Below are positions 26,660 through 39,929 of a DNA stretch of 64,000 nt, one piece after another (the first letter of the stretch is position 1; each line of letters begins with the position of its first letter). The notes under the pieces are model-generated. The model saw only the letters and a program-made list of their open reading frames with translations, ran no database searches and was not told the origin of the DNA. The position numbers and the translations under genes are program-made. This DNA is from Eledone cirrhosa. Taxonomy: Eukaryota. The stretch lies in assembly GCA_964016885.1 (NCBI GenBank), contig OZ024740.1:306900001-306964000 (forward strand). The letters are read 5' to 3'.

Positions 26660-27267
26660 CGATCATACATGAATTTATGTGTGTATTTATATATATATAT
26701 TTGTAACGAACGAATTGTGGTAAGGAAACAGATGGACCATAACGCACCAGAGTACTCAATACTTAGGGTAGTAGAGTGGGTTATAGGAGAAAGTATGACC
26801 CCGACGGCAGAGCTCAAGCCGTTTCGACGGCTATTTCTGGACTAGGGGTTATACTATCTCCTATATATTTGTATACAGATATTGCTATGTGAATAAGGAT
26901 TTCGTTTCGTAACCACATAGTTTAGGATTCAGTCGCTTGGTGCGGCACTTTGGGCAGGTGTATTCAACAATAGGCTACATTTGACCAATGTGTCGTCGTT
27001 TATATATGTGTGTGTTTATGCATGTCTATATTTACGACTGTGTATGTGTATATCCCATATAACTTAACGGTCCGCCAATATAAGTATCAGACTTGAAGGA
27101 AAAGTATTGGGGTTGATATGATCGACTTAATCTCGCACACACACATCTATGTGTGTGTGTATAAATATATACGTATATATGTATATATATATATATATAT
27201 GTATATATATGTAAATGGAAAAAATGAAACGAAATTTCATTTCTCACTCTTAGTAGGGCTGTTACTT

Positions 27268-27884
27268 AAATATAAGTATGCATACGTACATACATATATG
27301 TATACAGACGTACAGTAGTATGTATATATATGTACGTGTGGGCTCACCGAACATTTAATATAATGATCGGTTTGTTTGTAAACAAACAAAAAGCCCGAAT
27401 TAAGCCGTGCAGTGTTTAACAACCATCGTTGCCCTTTTGTTCAACACTGACAAAGGAACGCTGTACTAATTTCAAGCTTATTAGCTATCGTCAGCATCGT
27501 ATACCTTCCTGCCAGATAATTGAACGTCTGAAAGTATATACTTTCCTTATGCATATTAACGGCTGAGCAGCCTAATTTGCATATCGAGTGAGTTAGTCGG
27601 CCGGGAGCACCGAAAACGATAAATGGAGAAAATGAAAAAATGATAGCTAATAAGCTTCAAACTAGTACATCGTTCCTTTGTCAGTGTTGAACAAAACGGC
27701 AACGATGGTTGCTAAACACTGTAGGGCTTAATTCGGGCTTTTTGTTTGTTTACAAACAAACCGAGCATTATATTAAATGTTAGGTGAACCCATACGTACA
27801 TATATATGTGTGCATGTATGTATATATATACATAGTACTGTACATCTGTATACATATATGTATGTACGTATACATACTTATATG
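27268..27884. mobile_element. Foldback/MITE with about 220-bp inverted arms and a 150-bp spacer
   Basis: 27268-27489 is the reverse complement of 27642-27884, e.g. AAGCCCGAATTAAGCC / GGCTTAATTCGGGCTT and AAGCTTATTAGCTATC / GATAGCTAATAAGCTT. Confidence 0.85.
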
Positions 27885-28087
27885 TATATGTATATATATG
27901 TATATATATATGTATGTATATGTATATATATATATGTATGTATATGTATATATATGGATATGTATATATATGTATATGTATATATATGTATATGGATATG
28001 TATATATATATGTATATGTATATGTATATATATATGTATATGTATATATATATGTATATGTATATATATGTATATGTATATATATGT

Positions 28088-28171
<84 letters not shown>

Positions 28172-28814
28172 GTATATGGATATATATGTATATGGATATA
28201 TATGTATATGTATATATGTGTATATGTATATATGTATATATGTATATATGTGTATATGTATGTATATGTCTATATGTATATATGTGTATATGTATGTATA
28301 TGTCTATATGTATGTATATGTGTATATGTCTATATATGTATATGGATATATATGTATATGTATATATGTATGTATATGTGTATATGTATGTATATGTCTA
28401 TATGTGTATATGTATATATGTATGTATATGTGTATATGTGTATATGTGTGTATATGTGTATATATATGTATATGTCTATATGTATGTATATGTCTATATG
28501 TGTATATGTCTATATATGTATGTGTCTATATATGTATATGTCTATATATGTATATGTCTATATGTCTATATGTGTATATGTCTATATGTGTATATTATTA
28601 TATGTGTATATGTCTATATGTGTATATGTCTATATATGTATATGTCTATATGTGTATATGTCTATATGTCTATATATGTATATGTCTATATATGTATATG
28701 TCTATATATGTATATGTCTATATGTGTATATGTCTATATATGTATATGTCTATATGTGTATATGTCTATATGTGTATATGTCTATATGTGTATATGTATA
28801 TATATGTATATGTA

Positions 28815-31800
28815 TCATCATCATCATCATCATCAACGTTTAACGTCCGTGTTTCACGCTTGCATGGGTTTGGACGGGGGTTTTCCAACTTGAGGCAAGA
28901 GTGATTGTCTTGCTCGCATAGGACTGTCTGGCGGGTTTTCTACAGCTGGATGCCCTTCCTAACACCAACCACATTTACAGTGTGGGGCTGGGAGGTTTTT
29001 ACCGTGTTGCCTACACGGGCACATTACAGCGTGGACTGCCTGGCGGGTTTTCTACAGCTGGATGCCCTTCCTAACACCAACCACATTTACAGTGTGGGGC
29101 TGGGAGGTTTTTACCGTGTTGCCTACACGGCCACATTACAGCGTGGACTGTGTGTTTTTTTGTCGTAATACCTACACGATCTCATTTGTTTCGGCCTGGA
29201 TGTTGTGGCACCAACATAACTTTACATTGAAAGGGGCGGTGTGGATGGGCTGGGGGTGGTGGGACGGGGGTGTGTTTTGTTAGAGATGCCTACTGACTGT
29301 AGTAGGTTTTACTTTGTATTTAGGTAAGGCAGGTCTTCTCTATTACTGAGTACCGCCAAAGGTCTCGGTCCAGTGACATTGTCTTGGAGAGGTGTAAGCG
29401 TGTGAGGTCGGAATTTATCATGTCGTCCCAGGTTTTTCTGGGTCTGCCTACTCCGTGGCTACCGTCTATCTTTATTGCCCCGCACTTTGTTATACAGCTG
29501 TCGTCTTTCATGCGCATCACGTGACCATACCAACGTAGCCTTCTCTCGAGTAAACAACATCTGATCCCTCTTATTTCTAATTTTTTCCTTAGTTCGTTTA
29601 TGCTTAGTCGTTCACGTATATTACTATTACACATCCAGCGGAGCATGCAAACTTCGTTCCTCTCTAGTCTGCGTATATCCTCTGCACACAATGCCCAGGT
29701 CTCACTGCCATGCAGCATTGCTGTTCGTATGCAGGCATCATATAACCTGCCTTTCATTTTTAGGGAGAACCCTTTAGCGGCTAATAGTGGTATAAGCTCT
29801 CTGAACTTTTTCCATCCAGTTCTGACTCTAGCTACTGTACTTTCAGAGTACCCTCCCCCACTGCTGATTTTGTCACCCAGGTAACGGAAGCTGTCCACTA
29901 TTTCTATAGAACCCTCTGCGCAATTGAAAGAGCTAGTATTCTGTGGGCACTTGCTGCTACTTATTGCACCAGAGCACCGGCCACATGTAAAATCTATGTT
30001 CTTAGTTAGCTTACCTGTGATCCCACTACATCTTTTATGCACCCATACTTTGCATTTGGGACATAAAATGGAGTTTCTACCTACGCCCTTCCTACACACT
30101 GAGCATGGCCATTTCCCGGAAGGGACCGCCGCCTTATTTTCTTTCCTACAAACTAGAACTTTAGTCTTAGCCAGGTTAATTTTAAGGCCTTTTGATTCTA
30201 GGCCATGCTTCCATGTTTGGAATTTTTTCTCTAGCTCGGTCATTGATTCAGCTATGAGCATTAGATCATCTGCGTATAGGAGTTCCCATGGGCAGCCGGT
30301 CTTGAACTCCTCTGTTATAGCCTGAAGGGCAATAATAAATAGTAGGGGGCTAAGAACAGAGCCCTGATGGACACCAACTTTTACGCTAAACTCTTCACTA
30401 TATTCGTTGTTAATTCTAACCTTGCTGACTGTTTCTTTATACATGGCTTGTATAGCTCTCACAAGCCATTCGTCAACACCTAGTTTTCTAAGAGCCCACC
30501 AGATAATGGAACGGGGGACTCTGTCGAAGGCTTTCTCCAAGTCAACAAAAGCTAAGTATAGGGGTTTACTTTTAGCTAGGTACTTCTCCTGGAGTTGTAC
30601 AATGAAAAGAGCGTCTGTGGTACTTTTGCCTGACACAAACCCGAACTGCATTTCATCTAGATCAATTCTCTCTCTGATTAGTTGCGCTATTACTTTTTCC
30701 GTGACCTTCATGACCTGGTCAATTAATTTAATGCCTCTATAGTTACACCTATCTAGGGCATCTCCTTTACCCTTGTAACAGTTAATGATGATGCTGCTAT
30801 GCCAGTCCTTCGGAACAACCCCATTCTGTATGACTTGGTTTACTATCCGGGTGACCATGGTGTGTCCCACCGTTCCAGAGGCTTTCAGCATCTCAGCAAC
30901 TATTTCCGAAGGCCCAACCGCCTTACCTGTCTTCATATCTTTGATTGCCTTACTGTTTATACTACCTTCGACTAACACTGCTGGTCCCTCTATTGGGTCG
31001 ATGTGGGGGAGACTGTCTTTCTCCCATTTGTTCTCCTCATTTAGTAGCCTTTCGTAGTGACACTTCCAAGCTACCTTCTTATCAGCATCAGTGATGGCAA
31101 GTATGCCATCATCATTAAGTACACACTTCTCCCCGACAATATCACAGTTTTCCTTGACACATTGCCTAGCAATCCTGAACACCTCACGTTTTTGGTCCTC
31201 GCGTTGTAGAACATGCTTGAACTTTCTTTCCTCTGCTTCCCTTCTTGCGAAGTACACTTGTCTCCTAGCTTCCCTCCTGGCCACTTGATAGTCTTCTCTA
31301 CTTCCCCCATCCCGCCATACTTTCCAAGCCTGCTTTTTTGCCTTAATTGACTCCTCCACCTTACTGTTCCACCACCATGTTACTCTCCTCCTGCCTACAG
31401 GCCTGCTCCAGCCACAGACTTCGTCTGCTGCCATCAGCAGGTTTGCTTTCAGGAATTCCCACTGTTCCTCTATATTGTACGACTCTAATTGCTCTTCCTT
31501 ACTGTCGAAAGCATCAAGTAATATGCTTTGAAATTTATTTCTGGCTATGGGGTCCTTTAGCTTCCATATTTTTCTCCTGAGGATAGTCCTCTTCTGCTGT
31601 CTAGAACATCACGTCCTGACTATGAGGTCGCTAATTATCAGTCTATGTTGGGAGGTGCATTCTTCATGGGGGAGGGATTTAGTGTTAACAACAGACACTC
31701 TGTCACATCTTCTGGTAAGGATATAATCTACCTGGCTTGTGTGTTCCCCGGATCTATAGGTGATCAAGTGATTGTCTCGTTTTTTGAAGTTAGTGTTACA

Positions 31801-32091
31801 GATAGTTAGGTTATTTGTGTCACAGAATTCCAGGATTCTGGAGCCTTCCTCATTTCTAGTACCGAACCCATAGCCTCCATGGATTCCGTCATAGCCGTCA
31901 CAATGTTGTCCAACGTGACCATTTAGGTCGCCTGCAATAATTATATAGTCACTGTCGGTTATTTGGGAGGTAGCGAGCATCAGTGTCTCATAGAATCTGT
32001 CTTTTATAGCGCCGGGCAGTCCGGATTGGGGTGCGTACGCAGATATTACTGTCACCGTAGTTCTATTGAGGACAAGTCTTATTTTAATTAT
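28815..32091 (-). mobile_element. Young RTE LINE copy 1, 5'-truncated in the APE domain, (TGA)n tail
   Basis: Highly similar to 50370-54005. One in-frame TGA at 31609-31611 separates the APE part from the 704-aa RT ORF 29320-31434, in the same frame 58 codons apart. The 3' UTR has a 112-bp tandem duplication. Confidence 0.97.
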
Positions 32092-32167
32092 ATATGTATA
32101 TGTATATATATGTGTATATGTATATATGTATATATATGTATATATATGTGTATATATGTGTATATGT

Positions 32168-32237
<70 letters not shown>

Positions 32238-32478
32238 ATGTATATATATATATATGTGTATATATATGTGTATATGTATATATATATATATGTGTATATA
32301 TGTATATATATGTGTATATATATATATGTGTATACATATATATGTGTATATATATATATGTGTATATATATATATGTGTATATATATATATATGTGTGTA
32401 TATATATATATGTATGTGTATATATATATATGTATGTGTATATATATATATGTATGTGTATATATATATATGTATGTG

Positions 32479-32525
<47 letters not shown>

Positions 32526-32870
32526 GTATATATATATGTGTGTATATATATATGTGTATATATATATATGTGTATATATATATGTGTATATATATATGCG
32601 TATATATATATGTGTATATATATATCTGTATATATATATATGTGTATATATATATGTGTATATATATATATGTGTATATATATATATGTGTATATATATG
32701 TGTGTATATATATGTGTGTATATATATGTGTGTATATATATATGTGTATATATATATGTGTATATATATATATGTGTATATATATATATGTGTATATATA
32801 TATATATGTGTATATATATATATGTGTATATATATGTGTATATATATATGTGTGTATATATATGTATGTG

Positions 32871-32901
<31 letters not shown>

Positions 32902-32916
32902 GTGTATATATATATG

Positions 32917-32953
<37 letters not shown>

Positions 32954-32986
32954 GTGTATATATATATGTGTGTATATATATATGTG

Positions 32987-33017
<31 letters not shown>

Positions 33018-33028
33018 GTACATATATA

Positions 33029-36000
33029 CAGAGGCTGGGGTAGGATTTGCTGTTAAGACTGTACTTGTGAACAAATTAGAAGAATTCCCAGTAGGGATTA
33101 GTGAGCGTCTTATGTCCATGAGAGTTCCGCTGGACAAGGGAAGATATGCTACCCTGGTGAGTGTGTATGCTCCAACTATGAGTTCTGTCGATGAGGAAAA
33201 GGTGTCCTTTTACCATGCCTTGGAAGGTGTTTTAAGAAATATCCCTCAGGCAGACAAAGCCATCGTGCTTGGTGACTTTAATGCTAGAGTGGGTAGGGAT
33301 TTTAACACATGGAATGTAATCGGAAGGCATGGGGTGGGAAAGTGTAACAGCAATGGTATGCTCCTGCTGCAGATGTGTGAGGAGCTGGATCTGTGTGTTA
33401 CCAACACCATGTTCCAACTAAAGAACAAATTCAAGACCACATGGATGCATCCTGCATCTAAGGAATGGCATCTTTTGGACTACGTCCTAGTCAGGATGCG
33501 TGACAGACAGGATGTGCAGTGTGTTCGTGTTCTTCGTGGAGCATAGTGCTGGACGGACCACCGCCTGGTACGCGCAAAAGTGAAACTAATCACTAAACGT
33601 AAAATCCGGGCTCCTGGTGTTGCCCTACCCAAAAGATTGAATGCTGCTCGTCTTAAGGATAAAAATGTGAAGAGGACATTGGAAGAAGAGATGCAGGCTG
33701 CAGATCTTGGTGAGGATTGGCCGACCCTTAAAAAGTCGGTTTATGATGTAGGCAGGCGTGTTCTGGGATTGGCACAGAGGAGACATCAGGACTGGTTTAA
33801 TGAGAATGATGTACATATAGAAGACTTGTTGGCTGATAAGAGGCGTGCTCTGTCACGCTACTTGATGGCAAAACCACAGAGAGGAATACGTTGCATGAGG
33901 AACTCAGGGATGTAAAATCACGTGTTAGGCGGAGTCTTTCTCAGATGAAGGATCAGTGGTGGAGTGAGAAGGCTGGTGAGATACAAACTGCGTCTGATTC
34001 CAATAACACAAAGCTGTTGTACAGTCTCTTGCGTGAGGTTTATGGACCGTCTTCTTCTCTGGTGACACCGCTTCGCAGCAAGGATGGCAAAGAACTTCTT
34101 CGTGACTCACAAGGAATTCTACGAAGGTGGCGAGAGCACTTTGATGATCTTTTGAATCAGCCGTCTGTCGTCAGTGAAGATTTCCTCAATCTCATTCCAG
34201 AAAGTGCTGTGAAAGTAGCTCTCGCAGAACCTCCGACGCTTGTGGAGGTTGCAGTGGCTATTTCGAATGCTGAGCTCCTACAATATGGTGGTGAGAGACT
34301 CCTGCAACATCTGCACTCTTTGTTTGGCAGGATATGGGCTAATGAATCCGTACCTGAGGACTGGAGAGATGCAGTAATGGTGGTCTTGTACAAGGGAAAG
34401 GGTAACAGGAACGATTGTGGGAACCACAGAGGTATATCATTGCTTTCTGTCGTAGGGAAAGTTTTATGTAGGGTGCTTCTGGACCGTCTGCTGACACACA
34501 TTGCATATTGTGTTCTTCCTGAAAGTCAATCTGGTTTTCGTGCTGGACGCGGCACTACTGATATGATCTTCTCAGCGAGACAGCTCCAGGAGAAGTGCAT
34601 GGAACAAGGCTTGGATCTGTATCAGGTTTTTGTCGATCTGACAAAAGCTTTCGATACTGTTAACAGAGATGCATTATGGAAGGTTCTCCAGAAACTTGGT
34701 TGCCCTGATAAGTTCCTTGCTTTAGTTAGGTCTTTCCATGACGACATGAAGGCTTGGGTTAATGTCGGGGGTAACATGTCGGAGCCTATCTCAGTAAAAA
34801 CTGGAGTGAAACAGGGGGATATTCCACCACCGACCCTGATTGCCATATACTTTGCAATGGTTTTCTGTATTGCATTCAGGAATTGCGAGCATGGTGTTTA
34901 CATCCGATATCGAACCTCAGGCAGCATATTTAACATCAGGCGCTTTGCTGCGAAGACAAAAGTATTTACATCAATCATAAGAGACCTCTTGTATGCAGAT
35001 GATTGCGATCTTGTAGCGCACACAGAGAGTGATATGCAGCACATTTTGAATGCATTTTCTGACGCTTGCACTGCCCTAGGTCTGACTGTCAGTCTCAAGA
35101 AAACCGTCGTCATGTACCAACCTGCCCCTGGTAAGCAGTACACTGAACCAAACATCTATGTGTATGGCAAACGACTTGGAGTGGTTGATCAGTTTGTCTA
35201 CCTGGGAAGCACTGTCAATCGATACAGCAACCTTGACAGTGAAATCTCACTTAGGATTAGGAAAGCAAGTGATGCTTTCGGAAAGCTAGAAAGGCGACTC
35301 TGGGGTCGGCAAGACATATGCAGGAGGACAAAGGTAAAGGTGTACAGGGCATGTGTGCTCTCTTGTCTTCTTTATGCCTGCGAGACCTGGGTCACATATC
35401 GACACCACCTTAAGCAATTGGAGCGTTTCCATCAGATGTGTCTCAGACGGATCCATGGCGTTCACTGGAGGGACCACATCAGTGATGTCGAGATTTTGGA
35501 AAGCTCTATGTGTGACAGTATAGAAGCTCTTGTGCTTAAGCATAGACTCCGTTTGGGTGGTCACCTTGCCAGGATGAAGGATTCTAGAATACCAAAACAA
35601 CTCTTTTATGGAGAGTTGGTTAAAGGAAAACGACCGCCACATAAACCAAAAAAGAGGTATAAGGATTCCTTGAAAGCCTCTCTGAAAGATGCTAACATCT
35701 CTGCTGATACATGGGAGAATATTGCTGCTGATCGTAATAAATGGAGAAAGACTGTATATGAGGGAAAAGTTGCCTTTGAGGCATCTCGAATCGCATACGA
35801 GATAGTAAAGCGGAATGTGAGGAAGGGCATTGCTGTTGCACTTCCAGATGGCGAGGGTCCTCCTATGGTGCTGACATGCAGCGTATGTGCGAGACTCTGC
35901 CTAAGCAAAGCTGGACTCGAAAGTCATCTTCGCAGTCATAAAGAAAGACCAGTGGTTGACTACCAGGCTGCTGTTGGAGATGCTACTCATCATGTTTACC

Positions 36001-36072
36001 AAACATGTGGTAGAGAATGTAAATCAGCAGGAGGGCTCAAGCGACATGCAAAAGTACACAAAGAAAAAAAAT

Positions 36073-36107
<35 letters not shown>

Positions 36108-36110
36108 AAT
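33029..36110 (+). mobile_element. RTE/BovB-like LINE, 5'-truncated, (TAA)n tail, disabled
   Basis: APE motifs ([33 protein letters not shown]), RT (LPESQSGFRAGRGTTDM, DLTKAFD, GVKQG, LLYADD) and C-terminal C2H2-like fingers. Stop at 33544-33546 and a frameshift near 33880. Confidence 0.93.
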
Positions 36111-36171
36111 ATGTATATATGTATATATATGTATATATGTATATATATATATATGTATATATGTATATATG

Positions 36172-36335
<164 letters not shown>

Positions 36336-36374
36336 CATATATATATATACATATACATATACATATATATATAC

Positions 36375-36447
<73 letters not shown>

Positions 36448-36464
36448 TATACATATATATATAT

Positions 36465-37897
36465 GTAGGCCCTACGGAACGTGGGTGTTACAACCTTACA
36501 TTTGTAGACAATGTTACTAGAGAGGCATTTCCCGGATAGGGGGCAATCAGCCCGATTCCTACAATTACAGTTAGTACTAACTACACTTTAAGCTTATATC
36601 TGGAGTCTAAAAGACAACCACACCCAATATAAGTTACACTGGGAGATCCTAGCTAGGGCTAGATCGTATAACGGAAATAAAAGACCATGTGACCTCTGCG
36701 CCGCTGAGGCCCTGGAAATACTCTACGCCACAGACCACATCTTAAACAAAAAATCTGAGGCAATTTCGGCTTGTAAACATAAATTGCACAAAACTTTCCT
36801 GTATTACAGCCCCATGTTATACCCTAACGGATAGCACGATCTATACGTGAATATTTTACGTCTTGATGTGGGAGCTAAGTATATGTTTTGTTTATTCCTT
36901 TACTTATTTGCATAGGTAAGTATATATTACCCGTATGTTTTGTGAAGGTATGTATACCTTCTCGTACGTATATTTGACTGTCATGGCGTATAATTTTTAC
37001 ATATTCTGGTATTTAGGGTTTGGCTATGTGTATACGGGAGTTTTGCGTCTGCGTGAGTATGCAGGTTCGTACGTATGGTGGGTGTGTGTATATGTGTACT
37101 TCTTGTTTTAGTTGACTTACGTCTCCGAACATTCGTGTATTTATATGTAGGTATGCGTGTGCGCTTGTTATATACATATTTATTTACTTATATACGTTTA
37201 TATAATTATTTATTTATTTGTACACAAGCATACACACACACACATATTTATATGTGCGTGGTTTTGTATACCTATGATAAGGTTTTGCGTATGCTTGTGT
37301 ATGTACGTATCTGTTTGCGTGTATGTATTTATTTGTTTCTATTACTTCTGTATTGTATTTATTTACTTTGTTCTTAACTCTGTAGCGGAAATTCATTTGG
37401 TCTCCTAGTTAGAATTTTAATCTACGACTTCTGCTATACCATTTACGTGGTTTTGTCTTTGCGTGCTATTGTTCTCCACGCTCCACATATGACTTATTAT
37501 CTTCGTTTTTTCGTTCATTGCCAGAGAACGTCTCTATGCACCACCTAAGAGAACATTAGTCTACGACTTCTTTTTACCATAAACGTGGTTCTGTCTTTGC
37601 GTGTAATTGTTTTTCACCGCTCCTATTAATGACGTATTATTCGTTACCATGAACCAAAGTATCGTCTTTCTGTCTTCCTCCGGTTGCAACGTTTTTTGAA
37701 ATATCCAGTTCTGCGTTTACAGATTGACTTTGTTAGTTTCAGAAGATCCCGTTAAGGGTGAAAGCAGCGATTCTTTGCTTAAACTTTAATCTGTTATTTT
37801 AATAAATATTTGCTCTACAGTTCTTATATATTTGATATATATTTTCCTTATCGAGCCCTCTTTGGATTTTAGTCTTCAATTTTATTATTATTACTAT
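36465..37897 (+). mobile_element. Penelope-like element 3' fragment (GIY-YIG C-terminus plus long 3' UTR/pLTR)
   Basis: Manual translation of about 36625-36800 gives YKLHWEILARARSYNGNKRPCDLCAAEALEILYATDHILNKKSEAISACKH, homologous to the C-terminus of ORF 43943-44989. Confidence 0.8.
37735..37785 (+). ncRNA. Variant type I hammerhead ribozyme motif
   Basis: Helix I AGTTT/AAACT, core CAGAAGA (U4 replaced by A), helix II T-CCC-GTTAA-GGG-T, GAAA, helix III AGCA/TGCT, triplet CUU. Confidence 0.55.
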
Positions 37898-37934
37898 ATA
37901 TGTATAAATATATATATATGTATATATATATATG

Positions 37935-38001
<67 letters not shown>

Positions 38002-38011
38002 ATATATATAT

Positions 38012-39024
38012 ATTGCGCAGAGGGTTCTATAGAAATAGTGGACAGCTTCCGTTACCTGGGCGATAAAATCAGCAGTGGGGGAGGGTGCTCTGAAAGTACA
38101 GTAGCTAGAGTCAGAACTGGTTGGAAAAAGTTCAGAGAGCTTATACCACTATTAGCTGCTAAAGGGTTCTCCCTAAAAATGAAAGGCAGGTTGTACGATG
38201 CCTGCATACGAACAGCAATGTTGCATGGCAGTGAGACCTGGGCATTGTGTGCAGAGGATATACGCAGACTAGAGAGGAACGAAGCTTGCATGCTCCGCTG
38301 GATGTGTAACAGTAATATACGTGAACGGCAAAGCATAAACGAACTAAGGAAAAAATTAGAAATAAGAGGGATCAGATGTTGTTTACTCGAGAGAAGGCTA
38401 CGTTGGTATGGACACGTGATGCGCATGAAAGTCGATAGCTGTATAACAAAGTGCAGGGCAATAAAGATAGACGGTAGCCACGGAATAGGCAGACCTAGAA
38501 AAACCTGGGACGAGCTGATAAACTCCGACCTCACACACTTACACCTCTCCAAGACAATGTCACTGGACCGAGACCTTTGGCGGTACTCAGTAACAGAGAA
38601 GACCCGCCTTACCTAAATACATAGTAAAACCTACTACAGCCAGTAGGCATCTCTAACAAAATACACCCCGTCCCACTACCACCACCCCCACCCCATCCAC
38701 ACCACCCCGTTCTATATAAAGTTATGTTGGTGCCGTGCCATCCAGGCCGAAACAAATGAGATCGTGTAGGTGTCACGACAAAAAAAACACACAGTCCACC
38801 ACACAGTCCACGCTGTAATGTGGCCGTGTAGGCAACACGGTAAAAACCTCCCAAACCCACACTGTAAATGTGGTTGGTGTTAGGAAGGGCATCCAACTGT
38901 AGAAAACCTGCCAGACAGTCCTATGCGAGCAAGACAATCACTCTTGCCTCAAGTGGGACTACCCCCGTCCAAACCCATGCAAGCGTGGAACACGGACGTT
39001 AAACGTTGATGATGATGATGATGA
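38012..39024 (+). mobile_element. Young RTE copy 2, 5'-truncated, (TGA)n tail
   Basis: [17 protein letters not shown]...EKTRLT* plus the family 3' UTR. Confidence 0.97.
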
Positions 39025-39060
39025 TATATATATATGTATATATGTATATATATATATGTA

Positions 39061-39118
<58 letters not shown>

Positions 39119-39241
39119 GGAGGTGAGTTTTATTGTAGTACAATAAAGCAATGCAGATATCGGATAAGAAGCACTCTACAATTTGTAGGACTGGAGTATA
39201 AATAATATATAAGAACAAAAGATGGTTAAAAGAGTTCCATG

Positions 39242-39312
39242 TATTTTATTATGCGCATTTCAAAAACAAATATCATCATGCAATAATATTTGTGTTTTCA
39301 TCAGATAAAATA
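39242..39312 (-). ncRNA. Type I hammerhead ribozyme motif
   Basis: Exact reverse complement of 39789-39859. Confidence 0.8.
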
Positions 39313-39788
39313 GGATGACATGATATGAAGGTTAAAAAACACTTGTGGATAGTGCAGTTTTAAATCAACATATGAAAAGCAGTTTTAGATTGATGTGTGA
39401 TATTGGGAAAAACATTTTTTTAGGGGGGGGGGGTGAAAAAGAGGAGGAGATGAGAGTAAAAAGTGGGGAAGGGAGGAGTATAATGAGGAAGGATGAGATA
39501 GGAGGAGAGATGGGTGATAGAGAGAGAGAGATAGCTTTTATAACAGAGAAATATATTGTTTTACATAGAGAGGTTGAAAAACCGTTGGAAGATAATGTAT
39601 AAATTAAAAGAATTTGAAAATTAACGAAGAGAAAAATAATGTAAAGTTAAGGTTTGTATATTGAGGGGTTTAATAATATGTGCGATGAAAAGAAAATGTT
39701 AATATGTATTAAGAATAATATTTAAGGGTTTAATAATATGTGCGATGGAAAGAAAATGTTAATATGTATTAAGAATAACATGTCTTCC

Positions 39789-39859
39789 TATTTTATCTGA
39801 TGAAAACACAAATATTATTGCATGATGATATTTGTTTTTGAAATGCGCATAATAAAATA
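39789..39859 (+). ncRNA. Type I hammerhead ribozyme motif with canonical core
   Basis: Helix I TATTTTAT/ATAAAATA, CTGATGA (39797-39803), long helix II ACAAATAT/ATATTTGT, GAAA (39840-39843), palindromic helix III A-TGCGCA-T, triplet AUA. Confidence 0.8.
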
Positions 39860-39929
39860 CATGGAACTCTTTTAACCATCTTTTGTTCTTATATATTATA
39901 TATATATATATATGTATATATATATGTAT

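Larger units (their letters stand above)
39116..39900 (-). mobile_element. Non-coding Penelope-type terminal repeat with inverted partial duplication
   Basis: About 39200-39322 is the reverse complement of about 39777-39900, and each arm contains a hammerhead. Minus-strand AATAAA near 39130; internal 60-bp tandem duplication at 39666-39780. Confidence 0.75.
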
